From Callorhinchus milii (lineage: Eukaryota): 64,000 bases of DNA. Shown here piece after piece: positions 63,080 through 64,000 of this stretch. The translations under genes were made by a program, and so were the position numbers. The stretch is taken from NCBI RefSeq assembly GCF_018977255.1, contig NW_024704742.1, forward strand, positions 3,660,001 to 3,724,000, in the 5' to 3' direction. The number at the start of each line of letters is the position of its first letter. Within the stretch, counting starts at the first letter, position 1. The notes below the pieces were generated by a model. It was not told the DNA's origin and searched no databases. It saw only the letters and a program-made list of their open reading frames with translations.

Positions 63080-64000
63080 GATTTTTTTTGATGAAGTGAC
63101 AGAGACGGTGGATTGCAGTTGATGCAATTTATATGGATTTTCAAAAGGCATTTGATAAAGTGCCACATAAGAGACTTGTAAGCAAAATAGAAGCCCGGAG
63201 TATTAAAGGGACAGTGGCAGCAGAGACAGAACTGACTGGGAGACAGAAAGCAGAGAGTGGTGGTGAACGGTTCCTTTTCTGACTGGAGGGAAGTGTGCAG
63301 CGGTGTCCCCCAGGGGTCGGTAATGGGGCCACTGCTGTTTTTGAGCTATATAAATGACCTGGAATTGGGTATAGGGAGTACAATTTCCAAGTTTGCAGAT
63401 GACACAAAGCTCGGAAAAGTAGTAGGCAGTGAGGAGGATAGTAGAAGATGGCAAGAGGACATAGACAGACTGGTAAAATGGGCAGACACGTGGCAGATGA
63501 AGTTTAATGTGGATAAATGCGAAATGATGGATGCATTTTGGGAGGAAGAATGAGGAGAGGCAATATGAGCTCGATGGCAGAATCTTAAAAGTGGGTGAAG
63601 GAACAGAGAGACCTGGGGCTCATATAAGAAAATCTTTGAAAGGTGGCAGGACAGGTAGATAAAACTGTTAAAAAAAAAAGCAAACGGGTTACTTGGCTTT
63701 GCAAATAGGGTCATAGAATACAAAAGTCAGGAAGTTATGATGAACCTTTATAAAACACCGGTTAGACCTCAGCGAGAGACTGTTCAGTTCTGGGCTCCAC
63801 CCGAGGACACCGATTTAAAATAGTTGTTAAAAGAAACTGAGGTGAGGAGAATTTTTTTCATACTGCGAGTTGTTGGGATCTGGAATGCATTGCCTGAAAG
63901 GCTGGTGGAGCCAATTCAGTAACAGCTTTTAAGAGAGAAGTAGATGAATTATTATTTGGGGAGGATAAGTTTGTAGGGCTATGGGGAGAGCGCGGGGGGA
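63080..64000 (+). mobile_element. CR1 LINE ORF2 reverse-transcriptase region, frameshifted and non-functional
   Basis: VDAIYMDFQKAFDKVPH, then SGVPQGSVMGPLLF, KFADDTKLG and WQMKFNVDKC, with frameshifts and deletions. Confidence 0.95.

Noticed and set aside
27790..64000. PDZ-coding exons or a nested protein-coding gene
   Set aside because: I found no PDZ-like peptide or convincing spliced ORF by eye. Short exons could have been missed.

Overview
Vertebrate genomic DNA, inferred to be from a cartilaginous fish and probably a holocephalan, based on its tRNA-Ala/Deu-domain SINEs with (TTA)n tails, CR1/L2 LINE relics and a shark-type palindromic repeat. The whole window appears to lie inside one minus-strand gene, PDLIM5 (ENH). 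Using GT-AG sites and phase consistency I reconstructed, in transcript order: a 43-nt exon (27747-27789); the large 461-nt exon (24229-24689); three microexons of 17, 21 and 18 nt; the 170-nt exon with the QSRSF motif; the 37-nt exon; the terminal exon of the LIM-less short isoform (11581-11674); and downstream cassette exons (2223-2348, 1226-1360, plus weaker candidates). I did not find the PDZ or LIM exons, so they presumably lie outside the window, and 27.8-64 kb appears to be one long intron. The most notable points are an apparently intact ZM (Zasp-like) motif in this PDLIM5, an apparently ancient microexon and short-isoform splicing program, a SINE subfamily whose 3' stem-loop matches the resident L2 LINE, and two fold-back structures. 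I found no evidence of a wholly novel multi-gene system. Comparisons to mammalian proteins are from memory and need BLAST confirmation. Repeat boundaries are approximate.
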